Below, piece after piece: positions 9,703 through 17,202 of a stretch of DNA of 46,320 nucleotides. The stretch comes from Novosphingobium sp. GTDB lineage: Bacteria > Pseudomonadota > Alphaproteobacteria > Sphingomonadales > Sphingomonadaceae. The translations under genes were made by a program, and so were the position numbers. Under the pieces are notes generated by a model. It did no database searches. It was given only the letters and a program-made list of their open reading frames with translations, and was not told the origin of the DNA. Location of the stretch: assembly GCA_046155055.1 (NCBI GenBank), contig JBJXEK010000017.1, positions 1-46,320 on the forward strand. Reading direction: 5' to 3'. Each line of letters begins with the position of its first letter. Position 1 is the stretch's first letter.

Positions 9703-11030
9703 ACACCGACCGCCTCGAATTCCTGCAGTTCGATGAGAACGGGCTGTGCCAGACATTGCCAGAAAGGCTGAGCCAGCGCGAAAGGGACGAGGTCCCGTGG
9801 AATTGGCCGCTGTGGGCGCGGGCCGCGCAATTGCCGCCGCCCGGTGAATGGCGGATCTGGATGATCATGGCAGGGCGCGGGTTCGGCAAGACACGTGCCG
9901 GATCGGAGTGGGTCCGCATGATCGCCGAGAGCAACCCATCAGCACGAATAGCGCTTGTTGCGGCTTCGCTGCACGAGGCGCGCAGCGTGATGGTGGAAGG
10001 CGAAAGCGGGTTGATGGCGGTAAGCCCGCCGCACCTGCGGCCACGCTATGAGCCCTCGCTCAGGCGGATCGTGTGGCCCAACGGAGCGCAGGCGTTGCTG
10101 TATTCGGCGGGCGAACCCGAGGCCCTGCGCGGACCGCAGCACAGCCATGCTTGGTGCGACGAAATTGCCAAATGGGACGACAACCAAGGGCAGGCGCGGC
10201 GTTGCTGGGACAATCTGCTGCTGGGCCTCAGACTGGGTGAAACGCCCCAGATCGCGGCGACAACGACTCCCAAGGCGGTGCCGCTGGTGCGCCGCCTGAT
10301 GGTGCAGGTTGGCGCGGACAAGGACGTGGTGCTGACACGGGGCTCAACTCTGGAGAACCAGGCCAATCTGCCCGGCCGGTTTCTGGCCGACGTCGAGCGC
10401 GAATTCGGCGGCACCTTGCTCGGCCGGCAGGAGCTGGGCGGGGAACTGATCGACGATCTGCCCGGAGCGCTGTGGACGCGCGGGTTGATCGAGCGGTGCC
10501 GCGCGGCGGCCGATGGCATTGCCATGACGCGGATCGTTGTCGGGGTTGATCCACCCGCGAGCGCAGAGGGCGACGCCTGCGGGATCGTGGTCTGCGGAAC
10601 CGGGACGGACGGCGTGGCGCGGGTGTTGGCTGACGCCACGGTCGAAAAGGCAAGCCCCGAGCGATGGGCGCGCGCGGTGGCCGAGGCGGCGCGGGCGTGG
10701 TCTGCCGACCGAGTGGTGGCCGAGTCCAACCAGGGCGGAGCAATGGTGGAAGCAGTGCTGCGCGCCGCCAACGCCACGCTGCCAGTGCGGCTGGTGCACG
10801 CCACACGCGGCAAGGCGGCGCGGGCCGAACCGGTCGCGGCGCTCTATGAGGCGGGGCGAGTGCGCCATGCCGGGCTGTTTGCCCGGCTGGAGGACGAGCT
10901 TTGCGGCTTGCTTCCGGGCGGCGCCTATCAGGGGCCGGGACGATCGCCGGATCGGGCCGACGCCTGCGTCTGGGCACTGACCGAGCTGATGCTGGGCCGC
11001 GCAGGGGAGCCGCGCATCTGGATGAATTGA
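9699..11030 (+). CDS. GTA large terminase
   Basis: Walker A GRGFGKT, Walker B AWCDE, coupling motif TTTP, nuclease acidic residues GVDPP, AESNQGG and SPDRADA. Confidence 0.96.
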   Translation: MNTDRLEFLQFDENGLCQTLPERLSQRERDEVPWNWPLWARAAQLPPPGEWRIWMIMAGRGFGKTRAGSEWVRMIAESNPSARIALVAASLHEARSVMVEGESGLMAVSPPHLRPRYEPSLRRIVWPNGAQALLYSAGEPEALRGPQHSHAWCDEIAKWDDNQGQARRCWDNLLLGLRLGETPQIAATTTPKAVPLVRRLMVQVGADKDVVLTRGSTLENQANLPGRFLADVEREFGGTLLGRQELGGELIDDLPGALWTRGLIERCRAAADGIAMTRIVVGVDPPASAEGDACGIVVCGTGTDGVARVLADATVEKASPERWARAVAEAARAWSADRVVAESNQGGAMVEAVLRAANATLPVRLVHATRGKAARAEPVAALYEAGRVRHAGLFARLEDELCGLLPGGAYQGPGRSPDRADACVWALTELMLGRAGEPRIWMN

Positions 11031-11033
11031 GGG

Positions 11034-11074
11034 GCTCACCCCCACCCTTCCGCAAGCGGAAGGGGGGGGTGAGC
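11034..11074. repeat. Strong REP-like hairpin between terminase and portal
   Basis: GCTCACCCCCACCCTTCCGC-aa-GCGGAAGGGGGGGGTGAGC: ~19-bp stem with one bulge. Confidence 0.7.
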
Positions 11075-11112
11075 AATCGCTAAACAGCTTTAAGCGTTTG
11101 GAAAGGCAGGAC

Positions 11113-12303
11113 ATGTCGATTTTGCAAAGTCTGGCTGCGGCCTTCAAGGGCGCGGCGGTCTCTGAACGTGCGCCGCTGGCGCGCGGGTTTATCTCCCCCT
11201 GGGCCGAAGCCTTCGACTGGCGCGCCGGTAGCGGGATAGGGGGTGAGGCTCGCGGGCCGTTCAATTATCCGGCGGCGATCCGCGAGGCCTATCTCAAAAA
11301 CCCGGTGGCGCAGCGCGCAGTACGACTGGTGGCCGAAGGGGTGGGCAACGCGCCGCTGACGATTGCCGATCCGGAACTGGCGCGGCTGGTGAACGCAACA
11401 AGCGCGGGGCAGGCGCTGCTGGAAACGCTGGCGAGCCAGATGCTGCTGCATGGCAACAGCTATGTGCAGGTGCTGCGCGACGCCGATGGGCAAGTGGCCG
11501 AGCTCTTTGCGCTGCGCCCCGAGCGGGTGAGGATTGTGCCTGATGGCAATGGCTGGCCCGCGGCCTTCGCATATACACTGGGCGACACCACCCTGCAGAT
11601 CGATGCGCTGGATGAGTTCGGCCGCCCCAATCTGATTCATATCCGCGCGTTTCACCCCGCTGACGACCATTACGGCGCAGGCTGCCTGGAAGCGGCAGAC
11701 GAGGCTGTGGCGATCCACAATGCCGCGGCGCGATGGAACCGGGCTCTGCTGGAGAACGCGGCACGGCCTTCAGGGGCGCTGGTCTATGATCCAGGGGAGC
11801 CAGGCGCGGCGCTGAGTTCCGACCAGTTTGACCGGATCAAGACTGAGCTGGCGGCGGCTTTCTCCGGCGAGGCCAATGCCGGGCGGCCCATGCTGCTGGA
11901 AGGCGGGCTCAAGTGGCAGACTCTGGCGCTGAGCCCGGCGGATATGGATTTTGCGACGCTGAAAGCGGCAGCGGCGCGCGACATTGCGCTTGCTTTCGGG
12001 GTGCCGCCAATGCTGCTCGGGCTGCCTGGTGACAATACCTATGCCAACTACCGCGAGGCCAGCCGCGCCCTGTGGCGGCTGACTCTGCTGCCGTTGACTG
12101 GCAAGCTGCTCGCGGCGCTGGCCGAGGGCCTCGCGCCCTGGTTCCCCGATGCGGGGCTCACTGTCGATCTCGACCGGGTACCGGCGCTCGCCGAGGACCG
12201 CCAGATGCTGTGGAGCCAGGTCTCTGGCGCGGATTTCCTGTCGCCCGCCGAGAAGCGGCAGATGCTGGGCATCGCGGAGACAAAATCGGAGATCTGCGCA
12301 TGA
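11113..12303 (+). CDS. GTA portal protein (HK97 family)
   Basis: NPVAQRAVRLVAE, LHGNSY, ENAARPSGAL, LLEGGLKW, IALAFGVPPMLLG, DNTYANYREA. Start ATG 11113 after AAAGGCAGG. Confidence 0.96.
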   Translation: MSILQSLAAAFKGAAVSERAPLARGFISPWAEAFDWRAGSGIGGEARGPFNYPAAIREAYLKNPVAQRAVRLVAEGVGNAPLTIADPELARLVNATSAGQALLETLASQMLLHGNSYVQVLRDADGQVAELFALRPERVRIVPDGNGWPAAFAYTLGDTTLQIDALDEFGRPNLIHIRAFHPADDHYGAGCLEAADEAVAIHNAAARWNRALLENAARPSGALVYDPGEPGAALSSDQFDRIKTELAAAFSGEANAGRPMLLEGGLKWQTLALSPADMDFATLKAAAARDIALAFGVPPMLLGLPGDNTYANYREASRALWRLTLLPLTGKLLAALAEGLAPWFPDAGLTVDLDRVPALAEDRQMLWSQVSGADFLSPAEKRQMLGIAETKSEICA

Positions 12304-12608
12304 AACGCGAGGACATGCTGGCCCGTCTTCTGGCGCAAGCGGGAAGCGAAGGCTCCGAACTGATCACACTGCGCGCCGTGGTCGAAGAAGCGAGCGAACT
12401 GGGCGCGGCGCGGGCGCTGGAGCAGATGGGACTTGCCGATGACGGCGCCCATCAGGACCTGGCCGAGCTGCGCGAGCTACTGCGGGCCTGGCGCGACGCC
12501 AAGGCGAGCGCCTGGAAGGCCGTGGTCGGCTGGGCCATGCGCGGGCTGCTCGCGCTGCTGCTGTTTGCGCTCGCGGTGCGGTTCGGTTCAGGGAACCTCG
12601 TCAAGTGA
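12300..12608 (+). CDS. Small GTA protein with C-terminal TM helix (DUF6127-like; RcGTA g3.5 position)
   Basis: ATG 12300 overlaps the portal stop; 102 aa MKREDMLARLL...GAARALEQMGL.D..A..DL.ELRELLRAWRDAK plus a hydrophobic tail; overlaps the protease start. Confidence 0.75.
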   Translation: MKREDMLARLLAQAGSEGSELITLRAVVEEASELGAARALEQMGLADDGAHQDLAELRELLRAWRDAKASAWKAVVGWAMRGLLALLLFALAVRFGSGNLVK

Positions 12609-13063
12609 GCGAGGCAGTGAACCCAGCACCGGTCGGGCTCCGTTTTGCCGGGTATGCTGCCGTGTTCGGCAAGCGCGACAGCGGTGGCGACGTTATCGTG
12701 CCCGGCGCCTTTGCCGAGACGCTTTCAACGCGCAAACAGGCGGGCGTGCGGCTGCCGCTGCTGTGGCAACACCGTGCGGGCCAGCGCATTGGCTGGGTCG
12801 AAGTGGCCGAGGAAGACCGGCACGGCTTGCGGGTGATTGCCACCGTCTCCCCGAGCGCAGGGCCAGCTGCCAAGGCGCTGGCCGATGGCGCGGTCAACGG
12901 CCTCTCATTTGGATACCGGGTGCGCGAAGCCGCACCGCAAGGCGGCGGGCGCGAACTGCGCGCGCTTGACCTGATCGAAGTCAGCCTGGTGACCCGCCCC
13001 ATGCAGCCGCTGGCACGGGTCCACTATGTCGACAGCAATGGCGGCCGATTGGCGCCGGCGTGA
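12605..13063 (+). CDS. HK97-family prohead protease
   Basis: FAGYAAVFG..DSGGDVIVPGAF, LLWQH (catalytic His), GLSFGY (catalytic Ser), LIEVSLVT.PMQP. Confidence 0.95.
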   Translation: MSEAVNPAPVGLRFAGYAAVFGKRDSGGDVIVPGAFAETLSTRKQAGVRLPLLWQHRAGQRIGWVEVAEEDRHGLRVIATVSPSAGPAAKALADGAVNGLSFGYRVREAAPQGGGRELRALDLIEVSLVTRPMQPLARVHYVDSNGGRLAPA

Positions 13064-13137
13064 ATCTCCCCGTTTTGAGCACACCAGAAAGGGCCGCCCG
13101 GACCGGCTGCCCTAACTTTGAAAGGACGTTCGGTTCC

Positions 13138-14343
13138 ATGAATATGAACACCCCCGCAGGCGTCAACCAGAGCGCCACCGAAAATACCATCGAGAACACC
13201 ATCGAGACAAAGGCCGACGCGTTCGACGCGTCGTTCGACATCGTGACCCGCCAGAACGAAACCGCTTCTGCCATCGAGGCACTGCGCGGCGATCTGGCCG
13301 AAGTGAAGGGCCGGATCGACAAGGCGAATCGCGCAGCGCTGCGCCCGATGATCGGCGGCATGACCGGCGCCGAGGCTGACGTTTCGCCCGAGATGAAGGG
13401 CTTTGTCGATGGGTACCTGCGCCTTGGCCGGGAGACCGAACTCAAGTCGCTTTCGATCGGCTCTTCGGCCGATGGCGGGTTTGCCGTACCGCGCCCGATC
13501 GATACCGAGATCGCGCGCCGTCTCGTCAAGATCAGTCCGGTCCGCAGTGTTGCCAATATCGTGCAGACCAGCACAAGCGGATTCCGCCGCCTGATCTCGA
13601 TCGGTGGGACCGCTTCGGGCTGGGCCAGCGAAACCGGCGCCCGCACCGAAACGGCGAGCCCGAAGCTGGCGGAAATCGTGCCGCCGCTGGGTGAGCTCTA
13701 TGCCAGCCCCTCGGCCACACAGCAGATGCTGGACGATGCAGCGTTCGACGTCGGCACCTGGCTGGCGAGCGAGATTGCGACCGAGTTTGCCCGTGCCGAG
13801 GGCGCTGCCTTCATCAACGGCACCGGCACCAACCAGCCAAAGGGCTTCCTGACTGGCCCGACGGCGACCACGAATGATGCGACGCGCGCGTTTGGTACGC
13901 TCCAGTTCATCGCTTCGGGCAATGCCACCGCGTTCGACACGGCACCCGAATCCAAGCTGATCGACCTGGTGTTCGCGATGAAAGCCGCGCTGCGTCAGGG
14001 CGCGGTGTGGATGATGAACTCGGCCACGCTTGCCGCGGTGCGCAAGTTCAAGTCGGCCGACGGTTCGTTCCTGTGGCAGGCCGGCATCATCGATGGCCAG
14101 CCGAGCCGACTGCTGGGCTATCCGGTGATCGAGGCCGAGGACATGCCGGATGTCGGCGCGGGCAACTTCCCGATCGCATTCGGCAACTTCAAGGCCGGAT
14201 ACCTGATTGCGGAACGCACCGCGACGACGATCTTGCGCGATCCCTATACCAACAAACCCTACGTGCAGTTCTACGCGACGCGTCGGGTGGGCGGGCAGGT
14301 GCTCGACAGCGACGCGATCAAACTGCTCAAGATCTCGACTTGA
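13138..14343 (+). CDS. GTA major capsid protein (HK97 fold)
   Basis: DGGFAVP, WASET, ELYASP.ATQQMLDD, EFARAEG.AFINGTG..QPKG, LLGYPV, FGNF, LRDPY..KPYV.FYATRRVGG. Start probably ATG 13138 (or 13144) after AAAGGA. Confidence 0.97.
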   Translation: MNMNTPAGVNQSATENTIENTIETKADAFDASFDIVTRQNETASAIEALRGDLAEVKGRIDKANRAALRPMIGGMTGAEADVSPEMKGFVDGYLRLGRETELKSLSIGSSADGGFAVPRPIDTEIARRLVKISPVRSVANIVQTSTSGFRRLISIGGTASGWASETGARTETASPKLAEIVPPLGELYASPSATQQMLDDAAFDVGTWLASEIATEFARAEGAAFINGTGTNQPKGFLTGPTATTNDATRAFGTLQFIASGNATAFDTAPESKLIDLVFAMKAALRQGAVWMMNSATLAAVRKFKSADGSFLWQAGIIDGQPSRLLGYPVIEAEDMPDVGAGNFPIAFGNFKAGYLIAERTATTILRDPYTNKPYVQFYATRRVGGQVLDSDAIKLLKIST

Positions 14344-14350
14344 TGCGGAT

Positions 14351-14419
14351 CAGGCGGGCGCGTTTTCCCTGACGCGCTCGCCTGCGCGCCCGCGGCGGTT
14401 CCCCTCCAGCCGCGGGCGC
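14351..14419 (+). other. Two tandem GC-rich hairpins after the capsid gene
   Basis: 14351-14363 pairs with 14372-14384 (13 bp, one G-U); 14386-14396 pairs perfectly with 14409-14419 (11 bp). No clean U-tract. Confidence 0.7.
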
Positions 14420-14466
14420 CACTATTCGGCTGACCATTTCCCATCCCAAGAACACCGGAGATTGCC

Positions 14467-15015
14467 ATGAAGCGGGCAATTATCGCGCCGCCGACGCTGG
14501 CACCGACCGCGCTGGCCGAGCTCAAGGCCTGGCTCGGCATCAGCACATCGCGAGATGACGCTGCGCTGACGGGCCTGATCAGGACTGCGCTTGAGCTGTG
14601 TGAAGGCTTTATTGGCGTGATGCCGCTGGCATCGGGCTGTGAAGAAGTGCTCCCTGTCCGAGGCGACTGGCAGATGCTGGCCACCCGGCCGGTCTCGGCC
14701 ATCACGAGCGTTTCAGCGATCGCAGCCAACGGCGCGCGGACCGCGCTGGCGCTGTCGGGCTATGACATCGACATCGATGCAGACGGCGCCGGCAGCGTAC
14801 GTTTGACAACGCCGCTGGACCACACGCGCGTAGCCGTGCGGTTCACCGCCGGGCTGACCGAAAGCTGGGACACCCTGCCCGACGCAATCCAGCAAGGGTT
14901 GGTGCGCTGGGCCGCCTATCAGCACCGCGCCCGCGATGGTGACAAGGCTACGGCAGGCCCGCCAGCATCGGTGGCCGCGCTGTGGCGACCGTGGCGGCGG
15001 ATGCGGCTGACATGA
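14467..15015 (+). CDS. GTA head-tail adaptor (gp6-like, RcGTA g6)
   Basis: LAELKAWLGI....DDAAL..LI.TA...CEGFIG, V.FTAG...W..LP.AI.QG, VAALWRPWRRMRL. Confidence 0.88.
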   Translation: MKRAIIAPPTLAPTALAELKAWLGISTSRDDAALTGLIRTALELCEGFIGVMPLASGCEEVLPVRGDWQMLATRPVSAITSVSAIAANGARTALALSGYDIDIDADGAGSVRLTTPLDHTRVAVRFTAGLTESWDTLPDAIQQGLVRWAAYQHRARDGDKATAGPPASVAALWRPWRRMRLT

Positions 15016-15218
15016 TTGGCGCAAACAGCAATTTCGCCGAGCTTCAGCTGCGGCTTCTGGAGGCCGCGCGCAAGCTGGCCGAGGCCCGCGCGTTGCGGCG
15101 ACCCGCACCGGACAACACGGCCAACTGGCGTTCGGCGGGCTGGCTTTGGCCAGATCTGGGGCCAAATCCGGGGCCAAATCCGGGGCCAAAGCCGGGGTCA
15201 ACGATAGGACAGGAGTAA
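15012..15218 (+). CDS. 68-aa hypothetical protein in the stopper (g7) position
   Basis: ATG 15012 overlaps the adaptor stop (ATGA) and the ORF ends 3 nt before the next gene; MIGANSNFAELQLRLLEAARKLAEA...WRSAGWLWPD. Confidence 0.6.
   Translation: MIGANSNFAELQLRLLEAARKLAEARALRRPAPDNTANWRSAGWLWPDLGPNPGPNPGPKPGSTIGQE
15147..15200. repeat. 12-bp tandem repeat (GGGCCAAATCCG), ~4.5 degenerate copies
   Basis: tggccagatctg, gggccaaatccg, gggccaaatccg, gggccaaagccg, gggtca; encodes GPNP-GPNP-GPKP. Confidence 0.85.
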
Positions 15219-15221
15219 GCA

Positions 15222-15617
15222 ATGGAACTGGCTTTTCGCGCCGCGCTGCTGGATTGGCTTGCCGCCGACAGCACGCTGTCTGCCGGGCTCAACGCCATTG
15301 TCGAGGAAGCGCCGCTGCGCGCGGCGTTGCCGTGGCTGGCGCTGACGGCAAGCGCGAGCACCGACTGGAGCAACAAGAGCGGCCGGGGCCGCGAGATCCG
15401 CGTGGCGCTCGAGCTCAATTATCGCGGCTATGAACAGCTGGCCGAAGCCGGACTTATCGCCGCAATCGAGGCGCGGATGGAAAGCCTGCCCGCCAATCAG
15501 AGCGCGGCGGGCTTCCAGATCGCCAGCCTGACGTTTGTGAAGGCGCGCGCCGAGCAACGCGGCGAGGCACTGCGCGCGCTGGTGCTCGAATACCGGGCGC
15601 GGGTGCTCGCGGTCTGA
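15222..15617 (+). CDS. GTA tail terminator/completion protein (DUF3168-like)
   Basis: AGGAG RBS; EEAP.RA.LPW...S.DWS.KS..GREIRVAL pattern; position just before the tail tube gene. Confidence 0.85.
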   Translation: MELAFRAALLDWLAADSTLSAGLNAIVEEAPLRAALPWLALTASASTDWSNKSGRGREIRVALELNYRGYEQLAEAGLIAAIEARMESLPANQSAAGFQIASLTFVKARAEQRGEALRALVLEYRARVLAV

Positions 15618-15679
15618 GGCACCAGCCTTTGCCGCACACTTTGTGACGTTCCCGTTTCCTCTCAATCAGGAGAACCAAG

Positions 15680-16087
15680 ATGGCTGCCCAAAAGGGAAGC
15701 GCGTTTCTGCTCAAGATCAGCGATGGCACCGCCACGCCAACCTACAACACCGTAGCCGGCCTGCGCACCACGCAGATGTCGATCAACGGCGAGCTCGTGG
15801 TGGTGACGAGCAAGGATTCGGGCGGCTGGCGCGAGCTGCTTTCGGGCGCAGGAACCCGGTTCGTAAGTGTGAGCGCGGCAGGGATATTCCTCGGCAGTGG
15901 TGCCGAAGGCCAAGTGCGGGGCAATGCGCTGGCGGGCACGATCGCGGACTATGAGCTTTCGTTCGAGGGAGGTGAGAAGATGCGCGGCAAGTTCCTGGTC
16001 CAGCGGCTCGACTATTCCGGGGATTTCAACGGCGAACGCAACTACACCATGACGCTCGAAAGCTCGGGCGCGGTGGCGCAAGTATGA
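15680..16087 (+). CDS. GTA major tail tube protein (TP901-1 family)
   Basis: MAAQKGSAFLLKI...TVAGLR...SING..V.VTSKDSGGWRELLSGAG...YSGDFNGE..Y..TLESSG; AGGAG RBS. Confidence 0.96.
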   Translation: MAAQKGSAFLLKISDGTATPTYNTVAGLRTTQMSINGELVVVTSKDSGGWRELLSGAGTRFVSVSAAGIFLGSGAEGQVRGNALAGTIADYELSFEGGEKMRGKFLVQRLDYSGDFNGERNYTMTLESSGAVAQV

Positions 16088-16404
16088 GCGCTACATCTTT
16101 GGCAAACCCACATCGCGGCGAAGTGGGACTTTTGCTGGACGGGATCGGACACATGCTACGCCCGACCTTTGCCGCGCTGGTCGCGGCGGAGGAGGAGTTG
16201 GGCCCGCTGTTCGCGCTGGTCGAGCGCGCCAGCGGCGGCGAGCTAAAGCTGGGCGAGATGGTGGCGCTGTTCTGGCATTGCCTGGCACACCCCGGCGACC
16301 AGAACCGTGAGGCCTTTGCCGAAGCCGTGACGCGAGCGGGGCTTGCCGCCTGCGCGCCGGCGCTGCGAGCGCTGCTGGTGCAAGTGCTGAAGGGCGGCGG
16401 ATGA
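16084..16404 (+). CDS. GTA tail assembly chaperone (gp10-like)
   Basis: ANPHRGEV...LRPTFAAL..AEEELG.LFALVER motif of RcGTA g10-like proteins. Confidence 0.9.
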   Translation: MSATSLANPHRGEVGLLLDGIGHMLRPTFAALVAAEEELGPLFALVERASGGELKLGEMVALFWHCLAHPGDQNREAFAEAVTRAGLAACAPALRALLVQVLKGGG

Positions 16405-16598
16405 GCCAGCGCTTCGGCGAAGCAGCGGCGCGGCTTTCGGGCCAGGCGGCGCTGCTGATCGGATGGACACCTGACACGTTCTGGGCGGCGACGCCCGAGG
16501 AACTGGCCGTGATCGTGACCGCTGCGGCGCCTGCACCGGCAGATGGCATGGATCGCAAGACAATCACCACGATGATGGAGCGCGACGCACATGGATAA
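16401..16598 (+). CDS. GTA tail assembly chaperone 2 (g10.1-like)
   Basis: LIGWTPDTFWAATPEEL motif; overlaps both neighbouring genes. Confidence 0.88.
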   Translation: MSQRFGEAAARLSGQAALLIGWTPDTFWAATPEELAVIVTAAAPAPADGMDRKTITTMMERDAHG

Positions 16599-17175
16599 TC
16601 TCAGCTCACTGGTCGTGGATGTGCGTGCCAGCACCGACGGGTTTGCCGCCGACATTGGCCAGATGCGCAGCAGCTTCGATTCGATCCTGGTCGACGGGTT
16701 CAGCAAGGGCGGCGATGTGCTGGAGCGCGGCCTGCTGGGCGCGATCCGCCGGGGCAGCCTGGGTTTCGAGGACCTCAGGCGCACGGGTCTGAGGGTGATC
16801 GACGATATCGCTGCGCAGGCGCTGCGTGGCGGCTTGGCCTCAATCGGTATTGGCGGTGCCGGTAACGGCGGCAGTCTGGGTGGCGGAACTCTTGGCCTTG
16901 GCAGCCTGATCGGTTCGATCTTTGGTCTGCCCGGCAGGGCCACGGGGGGGCCGGTTGCGCCGGGCCGCCCGTATCTGGTTGGTGAGCGGGGACCAGAGCT
17001 GTTCGTGCCGACTTCGGCGGGGCAGGTCGAAACGGGGAGAGGCAGCGGCGGCGCGCGGGCAGTGAATGTCTCGATCCGCGTGGTGGCGCCCGAAGGCAGC
17101 AGCAGCCCGGAGAGCCTACGCCGATCGAGCCGCCAGGTAGCGCAGGCCGTGCGCCGCGCCCTCACCGAATACTGA
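16591..17175 (+). CDS. Short GTA tail tape measure protein (194 aa)
   Basis: Gly-rich helical region, GRATGGPV.PGR.YLVGERGPELFVP, and the GTA-type C-terminus SLRRSSRQVAQAVRRAL. Confidence 0.9.
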   Translation: MDNLSSLVVDVRASTDGFAADIGQMRSSFDSILVDGFSKGGDVLERGLLGAIRRGSLGFEDLRRTGLRVIDDIAAQALRGGLASIGIGGAGNGGSLGGGTLGLGSLIGSIFGLPGRATGGPVAPGRPYLVGERGPELFVPTSAGQVETGRGSGGARAVNVSIRVVAPEGSSSPESLRRSSRQVAQAVRRALTEY

Positions 17176-17202
17176 AGGAAACGCAACTGAAGGAACTGGG
17201 GC

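Noticed and set aside
13180-13206. 12-bp tandem duplication (ENTI-ENTI) in the capsid N-terminus
   Set aside because: In-frame slippage in a poorly constrained, probably cleaved N-terminal region; no evidence of function.
16380-16410. Programmed frameshift between the two tail chaperones (lambda G/GT style)
   Set aside because: No XXXYYYZ slippery heptamer is visible, and the second gene has its own ATG overlapping the stop.
17171-17195. 10-bp direct repeat ACTGAAGGAA at the tape measure/distal tail junction
   Set aside because: Only two copies 5 nt apart; most simply a local duplication around the stop and SD, not a target-site duplication.
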